DNA of 64,000 nt from Myxococcota bacterium (GTDB taxonomy: Bacteria; Myxococcota_A; UBA9042; PHBI01; JAWLBL01). The stretch is from positions 140,955 to 204,954 of the forward strand of contig JAWLBL010000014.1 in the NCBI GenBank assembly GCA_041687695.1. The letters are read 5' to 3'. The position numbers and the translations under genes are program-made. Positions 51,934 through 60,193 of this stretch are shown piece after piece. The notes beneath the pieces are model-generated. The model saw only the letters and a list, made by a program, of their open reading frames with translations. It searched no databases and was not told the origin of the DNA. Position 1 is the stretch's first letter, and every line of letters starts with the position of its first letter.

Positions 51934-54021
51934 ATGATGCAGCGCAACATGACACGCACCGCCACCCGCCTCGCCGCCCTGGCCCTGCTCCTGTGCGCTC
52001 CCCCGCTGGCCGCCGACGCGCGCGCCGACGAGGGGATGTGGACCTTCGACAACCCGCCGACGCGGCAGCTCGCCGAGCGCTACGGCTTCACGCCGACGCC
52101 GGCGTGGCTCGAGCGCGTGCGCCTGGCCTCGGTGCGGCTGGCCGGCGGCTGCTCGGGCAGCTTCGTGTCGCCCGACGGGCTGGTGCTGACCAACCACCAC
52201 TGCGTGCACCACTGCATCGAGCAGCTGTCGACCAAGCAGAAGGACTACGTCGCGCAAGGGTTCTACGCCCAGACCGCCGCCGACGAGCTGCGCTGCCCGG
52301 ACGTCGAGCTGAACCAGCTGCAGGCCATCACCGACGTCACCGCCCGCATCGGCCAGGCCACGCGCGGCCAGACCGGCGAGGCCTACGCCACCGCCCTCAA
52401 GGGCGCGATGACCGCCATCGAGAAGGAGTGCGCGACCTCGGCCGACGTGCGCTGCGACGTCGTGACGCTGTATCACGGCGGCCAGTACCACCTGTATCGC
52501 TATCGCCGCTTCCAGGACGTGCGCCTGGTCTTCGCGCCCGAGCTGGCCTCGGCCTTCTTCGGCGGCGACCCCGACAACTTCATGTTCCCGCGCTACGTGC
52601 TGGACGCCGCCTTCCTGCGGGCCTACGACGGCGGCAAGCCAGCGAAGATGCAGCACTTCTTCCCGTGGTCACCCAGCGGCGCCGCCGAGGGCGACCTGAC
52701 CTTCGTGACCGGACACCCGGGCTCGACCAGCCGCCTGTACACGATGGCCGAGCTGGCCTACGAGCGCGACGTGCTGCTGACGCGGCGCCTGATGCGCTTT
52801 TCCGAGCTGCGCGGCCTGCTGACCGAGTTCTCGCGCCGCAGCCCCGAGCACGCGCGCATCGCCAAGGGCCTGCTCTTCGGCATCGAGAACGCGGTCAAGG
52901 CCTACCGCGGCATGCACGAGGCGCTGCTCGACCCGGCGCTGATGCAGGCCAAGGCCAAGGCCGAGCAGGCGCTGCGCCAGCGCGTGGCGGCCGACCCGAA
53001 GCTGGCCGAGCACGCGGGCGCCTGGGACGCCATCGCCCAGGCCATGGCCGCCCAGAAGGCCCTCGATCACCGCTACACCTTCATCGAGCGCGGCGCCGGC
53101 TTCCACTCGGACCTCTTCCGAATCGCCCGCCACCTGGTCCGCGCCAGCGACGAGCGGACGCGCCCCAACACCGAGCGCCTGCGCGAGTACACCGACGCCC
53201 AGCTCCCGGCGCTCGAGCAGCGCCTGTTCAGCACGGCGCCCATCCACGACGAGCTCGAGATCGCCACCCTGACCTTCAGCCTGACCAAGATGCGCGAGGC
53301 CCTCGGCCCCGACGATCCCTTCGTCAAGCAGATCCTGGGCAGCCGCTCGCCCGAGCAGGTCGCCGCCGCCGCCGTGCGCGGCTCGAAGCTCAAGGACGTC
53401 AAGCTCCGCCGCGCCCTCTACGAGGGCGGCGCCGCCGCGGTCGCCGCCTCGAAGGACCCGATGATCGCGCTCGCCCGCGCCGCCGACCCCGAGGCGCGCC
53501 GCGTGCGCAAGCAGTACGAGACCGAGGTCGAGGCGGTCCTCAAGAAGAACCGCGAGCACGTGGCGCAGGCCCTGTTCGCCATCTACGGCACCGACACCTA
53601 CCCCGACGCGACCTTCACGCTGCGCCTGTCCTACGGCAAGGTCGCCGGCTGGCAGGAGGACGGCCGCACCATCGCGCCGTTCACCCGGTTCGCCGGCGCC
53701 TTCGAGCGCCACACCGGCGCCGACCCGTTCGCGCTGCCGCCCTCGTGGCTGAAGGCCAGGCCGAACCTGGATCTGACCACCCCGCTGAACTTCGTCACCA
53801 CCAACGACATCATCGGCGGCAACTCGGGCTCGCCGGTCATCGACCGCGAGGCGCGCGTCGTCGGCCTCATCTTCGACGGCAACATCCACTCGCTCGGCGG
53901 CGACTACGGCTTCGACGAGCGCCTCAACCGCGCCGTCGCGGTCCACTCGCAGGCCATCCTCCACGCCCTCGACCGCATCTACGGCGCCAGGCGCCTCCTC
54001 GAAGAGCTGCGGCCCCGCTGA
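51934..54021 (+). CDS. S46-family dipeptidyl peptidase
   Basis: ADEGMW, GCSGSFVSPDGLVLTNHHC, FGGDPDNFMFPR, YPDATFTLRLSYG, NDIIGGNSGSP, FDGN. Confidence 0.95.
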   Translation: MMQRNMTRTATRLAALALLLCAPPLAADARADEGMWTFDNPPTRQLAERYGFTPTPAWLERVRLASVRLAGGCSGSFVSPDGLVLTNHHCVHHCIEQLSTKQKDYVAQGFYAQTAADELRCPDVELNQLQAITDVTARIGQATRGQTGEAYATALKGAMTAIEKECATSADVRCDVVTLYHGGQYHLYRYRRFQDVRLVFAPELASAFFGGDPDNFMFPRYVLDAAFLRAYDGGKPAKMQHFFPWSPSGAAEGDLTFVTGHPGSTSRLYTMAELAYERDVLLTRRLMRFSELRGLLTEFSRRSPEHARIAKGLLFGIENAVKAYRGMHEALLDPALMQAKAKAEQALRQRVAADPKLAEHAGAWDAIAQAMAAQKALDHRYTFIERGAGFHSDLFRIARHLVRASDERTRPNTERLREYTDAQLPALEQRLFSTAPIHDELEIATLTFSLTKMREALGPDDPFVKQILGSRSPEQVAAAAVRGSKLKDVKLRRALYEGGAAAVAASKDPMIALARAADPEARRVRKQYETEVEAVLKKNREHVAQALFAIYGTDTYPDATFTLRLSYGKVAGWQEDGRTIAPFTRFAGAFERHTGADPFALPPSWLKARPNLDLTTPLNFVTTNDIIGGNSGSPVIDREARVVGLIFDGNIHSLGGDYGFDERLNRAVAVHSQAILHALDRIYGARRLLEELRPR

Positions 54022-54141
54022 CGTGCCCAGGGCGCGCCGCCCTGCCCGGCCGCTGGCAGCTCCACGACGACGAGGGCCGGTCACCGCGCGCGCGGGCCGG
54101 CCCTCTGTCGTTGGCGGAGGACGCGGGCTGGGCGCTCCGGG

Positions 54142-56415
54142 CTACGGAGCCGGCACAACGAACGACTGGGTCCACGTCGGGCGGGCCGGGACGTCGCCGG
54201 TCGACAGCATGTCCTCCCAGTCCGAGTCGGCCCAGCGCTCGATCTTGCCCGGGTCCAGCTCGTAGTAGCTGAAGACCGGGCCGACGTAGGCCTCGGGGCC
54301 TTCGCAGGTCTCGGCGGTGAGGACCATCAGGTTCACGTTGCCGGTCGCGACGTGCAGGACGTTGGGGCCGGGCAGCGGGCCCTGGTTCGGGTTGGTGTGC
54401 ACGTCGGCGATGGTGGGCGCCCACTCGTCGACCTCTTCGGAGCCGCCCCAGTAAAGGCTGGGGTACCAGCCCGAGAAGACCGGGTCGCCACAGCCCATCT
54501 GCGACTGGATGGTGGTCTTGAGGAAGGCGATCTCGTCTTCGGTGAAGGGCTCGCCGGCCAGCTCCTTGTCGGCCATGACGCGCAGCTTGACCATGATGGA
54601 CGCCCAGTTGTCGAAGAAGGTCGTCAGGCGCTGGCGCATCCAGCTGGCGTCGGCGGGGAAGTCGACGTTGGCCAGGGTGTGGCCGGCGACGCGCGCGAGC
54701 TGCTCGAGGGCCGCGTAGAAGGCCGGGTACGGCTCGACGTAGCCGTCGGGGTGCTCGCAGCTGACGCCGCCCGTGTAGGACTGCTTGGCGTACAGCAGCG
54801 TGTCGTGGCGCAGCTGGGCCCAGGACCCGAGCTGGGTCTGCAGGACGCGGTCACGCCAGGCGGGCGAGCGCATCGGCTCGGGGAAGGCGGTCGAGGTCGT
54901 CGGGGCGTTCAGCGTGCGGAGGGCGCTCAGCCACAGGTTGTAGAGGTTCGAGGACCAGAAGTCCTGGTCGTAGTAGTCGACCAGGAAGCGCAGGTTGTGG
55001 AGGTTGCCCTGGTAGGGGAAGGCCTCGAGCTCGGGGGCGAGGTGCTCGACCACCTGATCGCTGCCGAGGGCGAAGAGCACGTCGAGCGGGTTGGGCAGGA
55101 CGCGCTGCACCTTCTGGCCCTGGTAGACGATGGTGTCGTAGACCACGTTGGCCATGACGTGGCTGTCGACGACGAAGCGCTGCCCGAGGAAGGCGAAGGA
55201 CGCCGGCAGCGGCGTGACCTCGGCCGAGTGCGGGTTGGTCTCGAGCCAGTGGCTGTTGATGCGCTGCTGGCCGTAGGTGCCGCTGAGCAGCGCGCCCGCG
55301 AGCTTGCTCTGATCGCCTGCGGCCAGCCCGGTGACGTCGCCCACGGCGTCGAAGCCGAAGTCGCCGATGAGCTCGGCCAGCTGCGGGAAGGCCACGTAGT
55401 CGGCCTCGCCCACCATCATCGTCAGGATGTCGTCGATCTGCCGCCAGCCGGCCTCGGCCGCTGCGGTCTTCAGGGCGCGCTCGAGCAGGAAGGCCCCGGC
55501 GACCTGACGCAGCCGCAGCTGCCAGGCGCCCTCGACCTGCTCCATGAAGCGGAGGTCGACGCGGCCCAGCCACATCATCGCCTGGAAGTAGCGCTCCAGA
55601 TCCGGGTAGCCCTCGTAGTGCCCGCGCGGCTCGAACTGGCTGAAGTCCATGACGCGCTCGGCCCCGAAGACGACCACCTCACGCATCGCGCGGGACGCGA
55701 CGTGGTCGAGGAAGGCCGTGACGCGCGCGTCGACGTCACCGCCGGTCAGCCCGCCGACCTGCTGGCCCGTCAGCAGGCTCCGCGCCATCGCCAGGTAGAA
55801 GTCCATGTCGGCCAGGGCCTCCTTGGCCATGGCGTCGTCCCCGACCGTCATCGCGCCCAGCGCCTCGTGCGTGTCGCGAAGGACCTCGGTCAAGAGCCCC
55901 GTCAAGACGCTCTCCTCGAGCCCCATCAGGATGTCGTCGTACGAGGCGTGCAGCGCCTGCAGCAGCATGTCCGTGGTGACCAGGACCGGCAGGTCCAGCT
56001 CGTAGACCTTCAGCAGCGCCTCGGCGAAGGTCGGGTGCTCGAGCCGCTCGCTGACCATGAAGCCTACGTCCTTGATGCGCGCCTTCTCGGCCGCCGTCAG
56101 CTTCAGGGCTGCGTCGATCTCCGCGAAGTACGTCGACGCCGTGGGGTCGTACGACAGCGGCGCCGCGGTCGGCGCGTCGGCCGGCGTGTACAGCGCCACG
56201 AACTCGGCCGGCGTCATCTGGGACGAGGCGGCCAGCGTGTCCGTGAACGCGGCGAAGAAGGTCTCGGCCCCACTCGGCAGTGGCAATTCGCCCGGCTCGA
56301 CCGGGTTCGGCGGGTCGGGGATCGGCTCCTTCCCCGCGCCTCCGCCGCCCTGACACCCGCCCAGGATCATCGCCGCCGCCAGGGCGCCCACCGTCGTCCG
56401 CTTCCGCCAGCCCAT
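54142..56415 (-). CDS. DUF3160-family lipoprotein
   Basis: Lipobox LGGC; LVTTD, DFSQFEPRGHY, YFQAMMWLGR, FLGQRFVVDS, SWAQLRHDTLLYAKQSY, GYVEP, GPVFSYYE. Confidence 0.9.
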   Translation of the reverse strand: MGWRKRTTVGALAAAMILGGCQGGGGAGKEPIPDPPNPVEPGELPLPSGAETFFAAFTDTLAASSQMTPAEFVALYTPADAPTAAPLSYDPTASTYFAEIDAALKLTAAEKARIKDVGFMVSERLEHPTFAEALLKVYELDLPVLVTTDMLLQALHASYDDILMGLEESVLTGLLTEVLRDTHEALGAMTVGDDAMAKEALADMDFYLAMARSLLTGQQVGGLTGGDVDARVTAFLDHVASRAMREVVVFGAERVMDFSQFEPRGHYEGYPDLERYFQAMMWLGRVDLRFMEQVEGAWQLRLRQVAGAFLLERALKTAAAEAGWRQIDDILTMMVGEADYVAFPQLAELIGDFGFDAVGDVTGLAAGDQSKLAGALLSGTYGQQRINSHWLETNPHSAEVTPLPASFAFLGQRFVVDSHVMANVVYDTIVYQGQKVQRVLPNPLDVLFALGSDQVVEHLAPELEAFPYQGNLHNLRFLVDYYDQDFWSSNLYNLWLSALRTLNAPTTSTAFPEPMRSPAWRDRVLQTQLGSWAQLRHDTLLYAKQSYTGGVSCEHPDGYVEPYPAFYAALEQLARVAGHTLANVDFPADASWMRQRLTTFFDNWASIMVKLRVMADKELAGEPFTEDEIAFLKTTIQSQMGCGDPVFSGWYPSLYWGGSEEVDEWAPTIADVHTNPNQGPLPGPNVLHVATGNVNLMVLTAETCEGPEAYVGPVFSYYELDPGKIERWADSDWEDMLSTGDVPARPTWTQSFVVPAP

Positions 56416-56537
56416 GCTCCACCTCCCTCGCGCTGTGTGGATGGATACCTGCGCTGCAAGATCGAAGCCACCCACAGGCCCAGGCGTGGCCGTCACGACG
56501 GCGCCCGAACCTGTGGAGATCCTCTACACTCTGTCGC

Positions 56538-58073
56538 TCAGGTGGTCACTCGCGTCCCGGTCGCCACCGCGTGCGCGCGGTCCGCCAGCGCCGCCAGCTC
56601 GCTCGACCGCTCGACGTCCCGCACCCAGTCGGCGGGCAGCCCCCGCACGCCGACCCGCGCCCCGACCAGCGCCCCCGCCAAGGTCGCGATGGAGTCGCTG
56701 TCCCCCGGCGTGTTGGCGCCCTCGAGGATGGCCGCCCGCGCGTCGTCCGGGTGGCGCGCCAGCAGATACACCGCCGCCGCGATCGCCTCGTGCGCGCCCC
56801 AGGCCCGCAGGCGGTCCAGCGTGACCTCGGGCCCGACGCCCGCGCGCGCCTCGTCCCAGGCCCGCCGCATCATCGCCGCCACCCGCGGGCTGTAGCGCCG
56901 GGCGGCGTCCACCATGGCGCCCACCGTCTCGGCCACTCCGACGCCGCGCACCGACCGCGCGACCCCCACCGCCATCGCCGCGCACGCCGCCAGCGCGATG
57001 GGGTCGCCGTGGGTCGGCTTCGAGTGCGCGACGGCCCAGGCCTCGGCCCGCGCCTCGTCCTCGGCGAACAGCAGCCCGAACGGGTACGCCCGCATCACCG
57101 ACCCGCAGCCGCCCGCGTCGGGGGCCCCCGCCCGATCCCACGGCACGCCCTCGCTCAGCGCGCGGCACCCGGCCAAACAGGCCCGCCCCGGGGCGCGGTG
57201 GCCGCCCTGCGGGTCGCGCGCCCAGGCCACGAACCCCTCGGCCATGCGGCGCATGGCGGCGTCCAGGTCCTCGCCCGCCTCTTGTGCGTCGCACAAAGCG
57301 CGCAGCACCACCTCGGCCAGCTGCGTGTCGTCGGTGTAGGGCGCGAAGCGCTGCCCGCCGCGCGTCCACCACAGCTCGAAGCCCTGCACGCCCCGCGGCC
57401 CGAAGCGCGCGTGGATGGCCTGCATGCCCATGAACTCGGTCGGGTGCCCCATCGCGTCGCCGACGGCCGCGCCCAGCACCGCGCCCAGCAGCCGCTCGCG
57501 CCGGGTCGGGGCGCCGGGCGCGCTCGCGGCGAAGGCGCGCACGACGGCCCGCTGCGCCTCGGTCTCGGGGCACCGGGGCGAGCGCGCCCGCCGCAGCGTG
57601 TCCAGGGCCTCGTCGGCGGACGCGCCCAACGCCCGCAGCACGCAGCCGCCGACCAACCCGGCGCGGCCCAGCCCGCCGGCGCAGTGGACGACCACCCGAT
57701 GGCCGGCGCGCGCGGCCGCTACGACGTCCTCGACCAGCAGCCGCAGGGCGTCCGGGTCGTCCGGGACGCCGCCGTCGGCGATGGGCAGGCGCAGCACCTC
57801 GAGCCCGCGCGCGGCGGCGGCTTCCAGATAGCCGCCCAGGCCGAGCCGCTCGAGCTCGTGGTCCTCGAGCAGGCACACCAGCAGGCCCACGCCGTCGGCC
57901 ACCAGGCGGTCGAGGTCGGCCTGGAGATCGCGGCGCCACGAGCCGCCCTCGAGGCTGGGCGCGTGCTTGCCGGGGGCCAGCGTCAGGCCGACCGCGCCCG
58001 GCAGGTCGCGGACGATCCAGTCGACGCGGAGGGGGTGGGTGGCCGAGGTCATGACGGCGCGTGAGTCGCTCAT
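56538..58073 (-). CDS. Fusion of tyrosine/dual-specificity (CDKN3-like) phosphatase and ADP-ribosylglycohydrolase
   Basis: N-domain LPIADGGVP plus HCAGGLGRAG (CX5R) plus ETEAQ; C-domain GAAVGDAMG, YTDDTQL, GCGSVMRA, THGDP, GDSDSIA..GAL.GA; AAGGAG RBS. Confidence 0.92.
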   Translation of the reverse strand: MSDSRAVMTSATHPLRVDWIVRDLPGAVGLTLAPGKHAPSLEGGSWRRDLQADLDRLVADGVGLLVCLLEDHELERLGLGGYLEAAAARGLEVLRLPIADGGVPDDPDALRLLVEDVVAAARAGHRVVVHCAGGLGRAGLVGGCVLRALGASADEALDTLRRARSPRCPETEAQRAVVRAFAASAPGAPTRRERLLGAVLGAAVGDAMGHPTEFMGMQAIHARFGPRGVQGFELWWTRGGQRFAPYTDDTQLAEVVLRALCDAQEAGEDLDAAMRRMAEGFVAWARDPQGGHRAPGRACLAGCRALSEGVPWDRAGAPDAGGCGSVMRAYPFGLLFAEDEARAEAWAVAHSKPTHGDPIALAACAAMAVGVARSVRGVGVAETVGAMVDAARRYSPRVAAMMRRAWDEARAGVGPEVTLDRLRAWGAHEAIAAAVYLLARHPDDARAAILEGANTPGDSDSIATLAGALVGARVGVRGLPADWVRDVERSSELAALADRAHAVATGTRVTT

Positions 58074-58132
58074 GGGGCTCTCCTTGGTGAGGGATGAGCC
58101 CATCTCAGCACGGCGCGGCGGCGAGCGGGGCG

Positions 58133-58148
58133 AGCGCAACCTTGCGCT
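58133..58148. promoter_or_regulatory. Palindrome AGCGCAA-CC-TTGCGCT, candidate operator
   Basis: Perfect 7-bp arms in the 102-bp gap between the CARF gene and the phosphatase-ARH gene. Confidence 0.4.
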
Positions 58149-58175
58149 GGCGGTCGGCCGACGCGCTGGCGGCCC

Positions 58176-59306
58176 TCAGTCGGACGGCCAGCGGAGGTCG
58201 ATGTGGTCGCCCGGCAGCGGCAGGCGCTGGAACGTGGCCTTGGCCCCGTCGTGCTTGCGCGAGTCGCGCTCGGGGACCAGCCAGCGCGCGAGCGACGGCG
58301 ATTGTGCACTGCACCAGTCCAGCAGCGCCTTGCGAGCGCGCGAGCGCGTCGAGCCCAGGTCCTGCATGTCCACGCCCTCGCTGGCCAGCGCCCGCCGCAG
58401 CGCCTCAGAGCGGCCGCGCTCGAGCCACTCGGGTTCACCCAATCGTCGGCCCAGGCGGGCCCAGGGCCTGTCATCAGAGGCCGCGACCCAGCCTTCGCCC
58501 TCCACGCGCGCGTGAGCCAGGACCGCCAGCCAAACCAGCGCGCCCGGGCTCAACTTCAGCGGCCGCTCATCGATCTTGGCGCGTCCGGCATGCAGATCGA
58601 TCGTCAGGCGCGGCGGCGCGGCCGCGTCGATGCCGCGCTGGCCGGCCGAGAGCGCGGCCTGCCAGGTGCTGAGATCCGCCTCGGTGAGCAGACCGCCCAG
58701 GCGCGGGAGCTGGAGGTCGACGAGCTTCACCTCGACCTCGCGCGCCACCAGCTCGCCGCGGCGGGTGGGGATGCGCTGCCGGCGCTGCTCGGGGAAGAAG
58801 AAGCCGGAGCCGCCCTCGGCGGCGCGGCGCGAGACGCGCACGTCCAGGCACAGGTCGCCGGGGCGCGCCAGCAGCTGCGCGACGGTGCTGGCCATCACGG
58901 TCAGGGTGCGGCGGCGCCCGCCCAGGACGCCGAACACGACCGGGCGTGGGCCGGCCAGGGCGACGGCGTGGCGCGCGGCGCTCCAGACTGCGGCGTTGTA
59001 GGCGCTGGCGGCCTCGGGGTGGTCGTCGTCGTCGAGCAGCGCGCCCGAGGGGAGCGTGGCCGTGCGGACCTCGAGACGATCGGGCACGGCGTCGCCCAGG
59101 ACGCGGCGGAGGTCGTCGAGGGCCTCGCCGGGGGCCAGCACCTCGTCGACGAGGAAGCCGTGCGCCTCGCGGTCGACGACGACCACGACGTGCGCGACGG
59201 TCAGGCCCCGCTGGCGCACCAGGGCCCACAGCAGCTCGGTGAGCGGCGCCGGGTTGGGACCTATCGGGGCGACGACGACGACGGGCGGGCCAGACATGCG
59301 GCCCAT
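58176..59306 (-). CDS. CARF-domain protein of the Cas_NE0113/Csx14 type with C-terminal winged-HTH
   Basis: VVAPIGPNPAPLTELLWAL (cf. G.SPQ.VTETLYAL), GALLDD, GVLGGRRRTL (cf. SIAGGRKTM), QLLARPGD..DVRVS, FFFP, VKLVDLQLPRL; OmpR-like LTIDLHAGRAKIDERPLKLSP. Confidence 0.78.
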   Translation of the reverse strand: MGRMSGPPVVVVAPIGPNPAPLTELLWALVRQRGLTVAHVVVVVDREAHGFLVDEVLAPGEALDDLRRVLGDAVPDRLEVRTATLPSGALLDDDDHPEAASAYNAAVWSAARHAVALAGPRPVVFGVLGGRRRTLTVMASTVAQLLARPGDLCLDVRVSRRAAEGGSGFFFPEQRRQRIPTRRGELVAREVEVKLVDLQLPRLGGLLTEADLSTWQAALSAGQRGIDAAAPPRLTIDLHAGRAKIDERPLKLSPGALVWLAVLAHARVEGEGWVAASDDRPWARLGRRLGEPEWLERGRSEALRRALASEGVDMQDLGSTRSRARKALLDWCSAQSPSLARWLVPERDSRKHDGAKATFQRLPLPGDHIDLRWPSD

Positions 59307-59316
59307 CGTGCGAGAA

Positions 59317-59583
59317 GGGGCGGCCGGCGCGCAACGGGCGCGAGGTCATCGCGAAGTCCGTCGAACGTTGCGCGCAGCGAGCTGCGCGACCCACGAGCCC
59401 CAGCGAGCTGGGGCAGTCCGTCGAGAGTCGCCGCGATGAATCCACCTCGGAGCCGGACGAGCGGACTGCACGAGCTCGCTCGTGCTCTGGCGTAGCGCGG
59501 CTCGCCGCGCTGAATGCGAGGCGCGGCGAGCCCATTGGCGACTTTGCGACCGCCCTGGCAACGGGCGCGGGGCGGCCGGCGCG
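59317..59583. other. Repeat-bounded, hairpin-rich intergenic element (REP/BIME-like cluster or ncRNA)
   Basis: Four palindromes with GC-GA-GC or GC-TC-GC centres; 15-bp and 12-bp exact direct repeats at both ends. Confidence 0.5.
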
Positions 59584-60129
59584 TCAGTCCCAGCCCAGCT
59601 CGAGGCGGGCGACCTCGCTCATGCGATCGGGGCCCCAGGGCGGGTCGAAGACGAGGTCGACGGCCACCTCGGTGACGCCGGGCAGGTCGCGCAGCTTGTT
59701 CTCGACGTCCGAGACCAGGACCTGGCCCATGCCGCAGCCGGGCGCGGTCAGGGTCATCTGCACGTCGACGCGGGTGCCCTCGCCCTCGGCCTCGTTCAGC
59801 TCGCAGGCGTAGACCAGGCCCAGCTCGACGATGTTGACCGGGATCTCGGGGTCGTAGATGGTCCGCAGCTCGCCCCAGACGCGCTCGGACAGCGGCGCGT
59901 CCTCGGCGGGGGCGTTCTCGTCGACCAGGGGCTCGAGGCCGATGGCTTCGGCCTCCTTGCCGGCCAGGCGGACCAGGTAGCCGAGATCGGTCTGGATGGT
60001 GTAGTTGCCGCCCAGGACCTGGGTGACGAAGCCCTGCGTCCCCTCGCGGACGAGGATGGGGAACCCGTCCGGGATGACGATGCAGTCGACGTCGCGCGTG
60101 AAGGTGACGGGCTCGTAGGGACGGTGCAT
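59584..60129 (-). CDS. sufT: Fe-S cluster assembly protein SufT (DUF59)
   Basis: RDVDCIVIPDG, TQVLGGNYT, LRTIYDPEIPVNIVELGLVY, MTLTAPGCGMG, LVFDPPW..MSEVARLELG. Confidence 0.93.
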   Translation of the reverse strand: MHRPYEPVTFTRDVDCIVIPDGFPILVREGTQGFVTQVLGGNYTIQTDLGYLVRLAGKEAEAIGLEPLVDENAPAEDAPLSERVWGELRTIYDPEIPVNIVELGLVYACELNEAEGEGTRVDVQMTLTAPGCGMGQVLVSDVENKLRDLPGVTEVAVDLVFDPPWGPDRMSEVARLELGWD

Positions 60130-60193
60130 GGGCGGTCAACTCCGTTAAATCGGACCTCGTGGGTCCGGAATGTGGCGACCGGCGCGGGCGGCG

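Noticed and set aside
59317..59583. Degenerate CRISPR array next to the CARF gene
   Set aside because: Only a 10-bp sequence recurs once at 59-bp spacing; there is no third copy and no 25-40-bp repeat.
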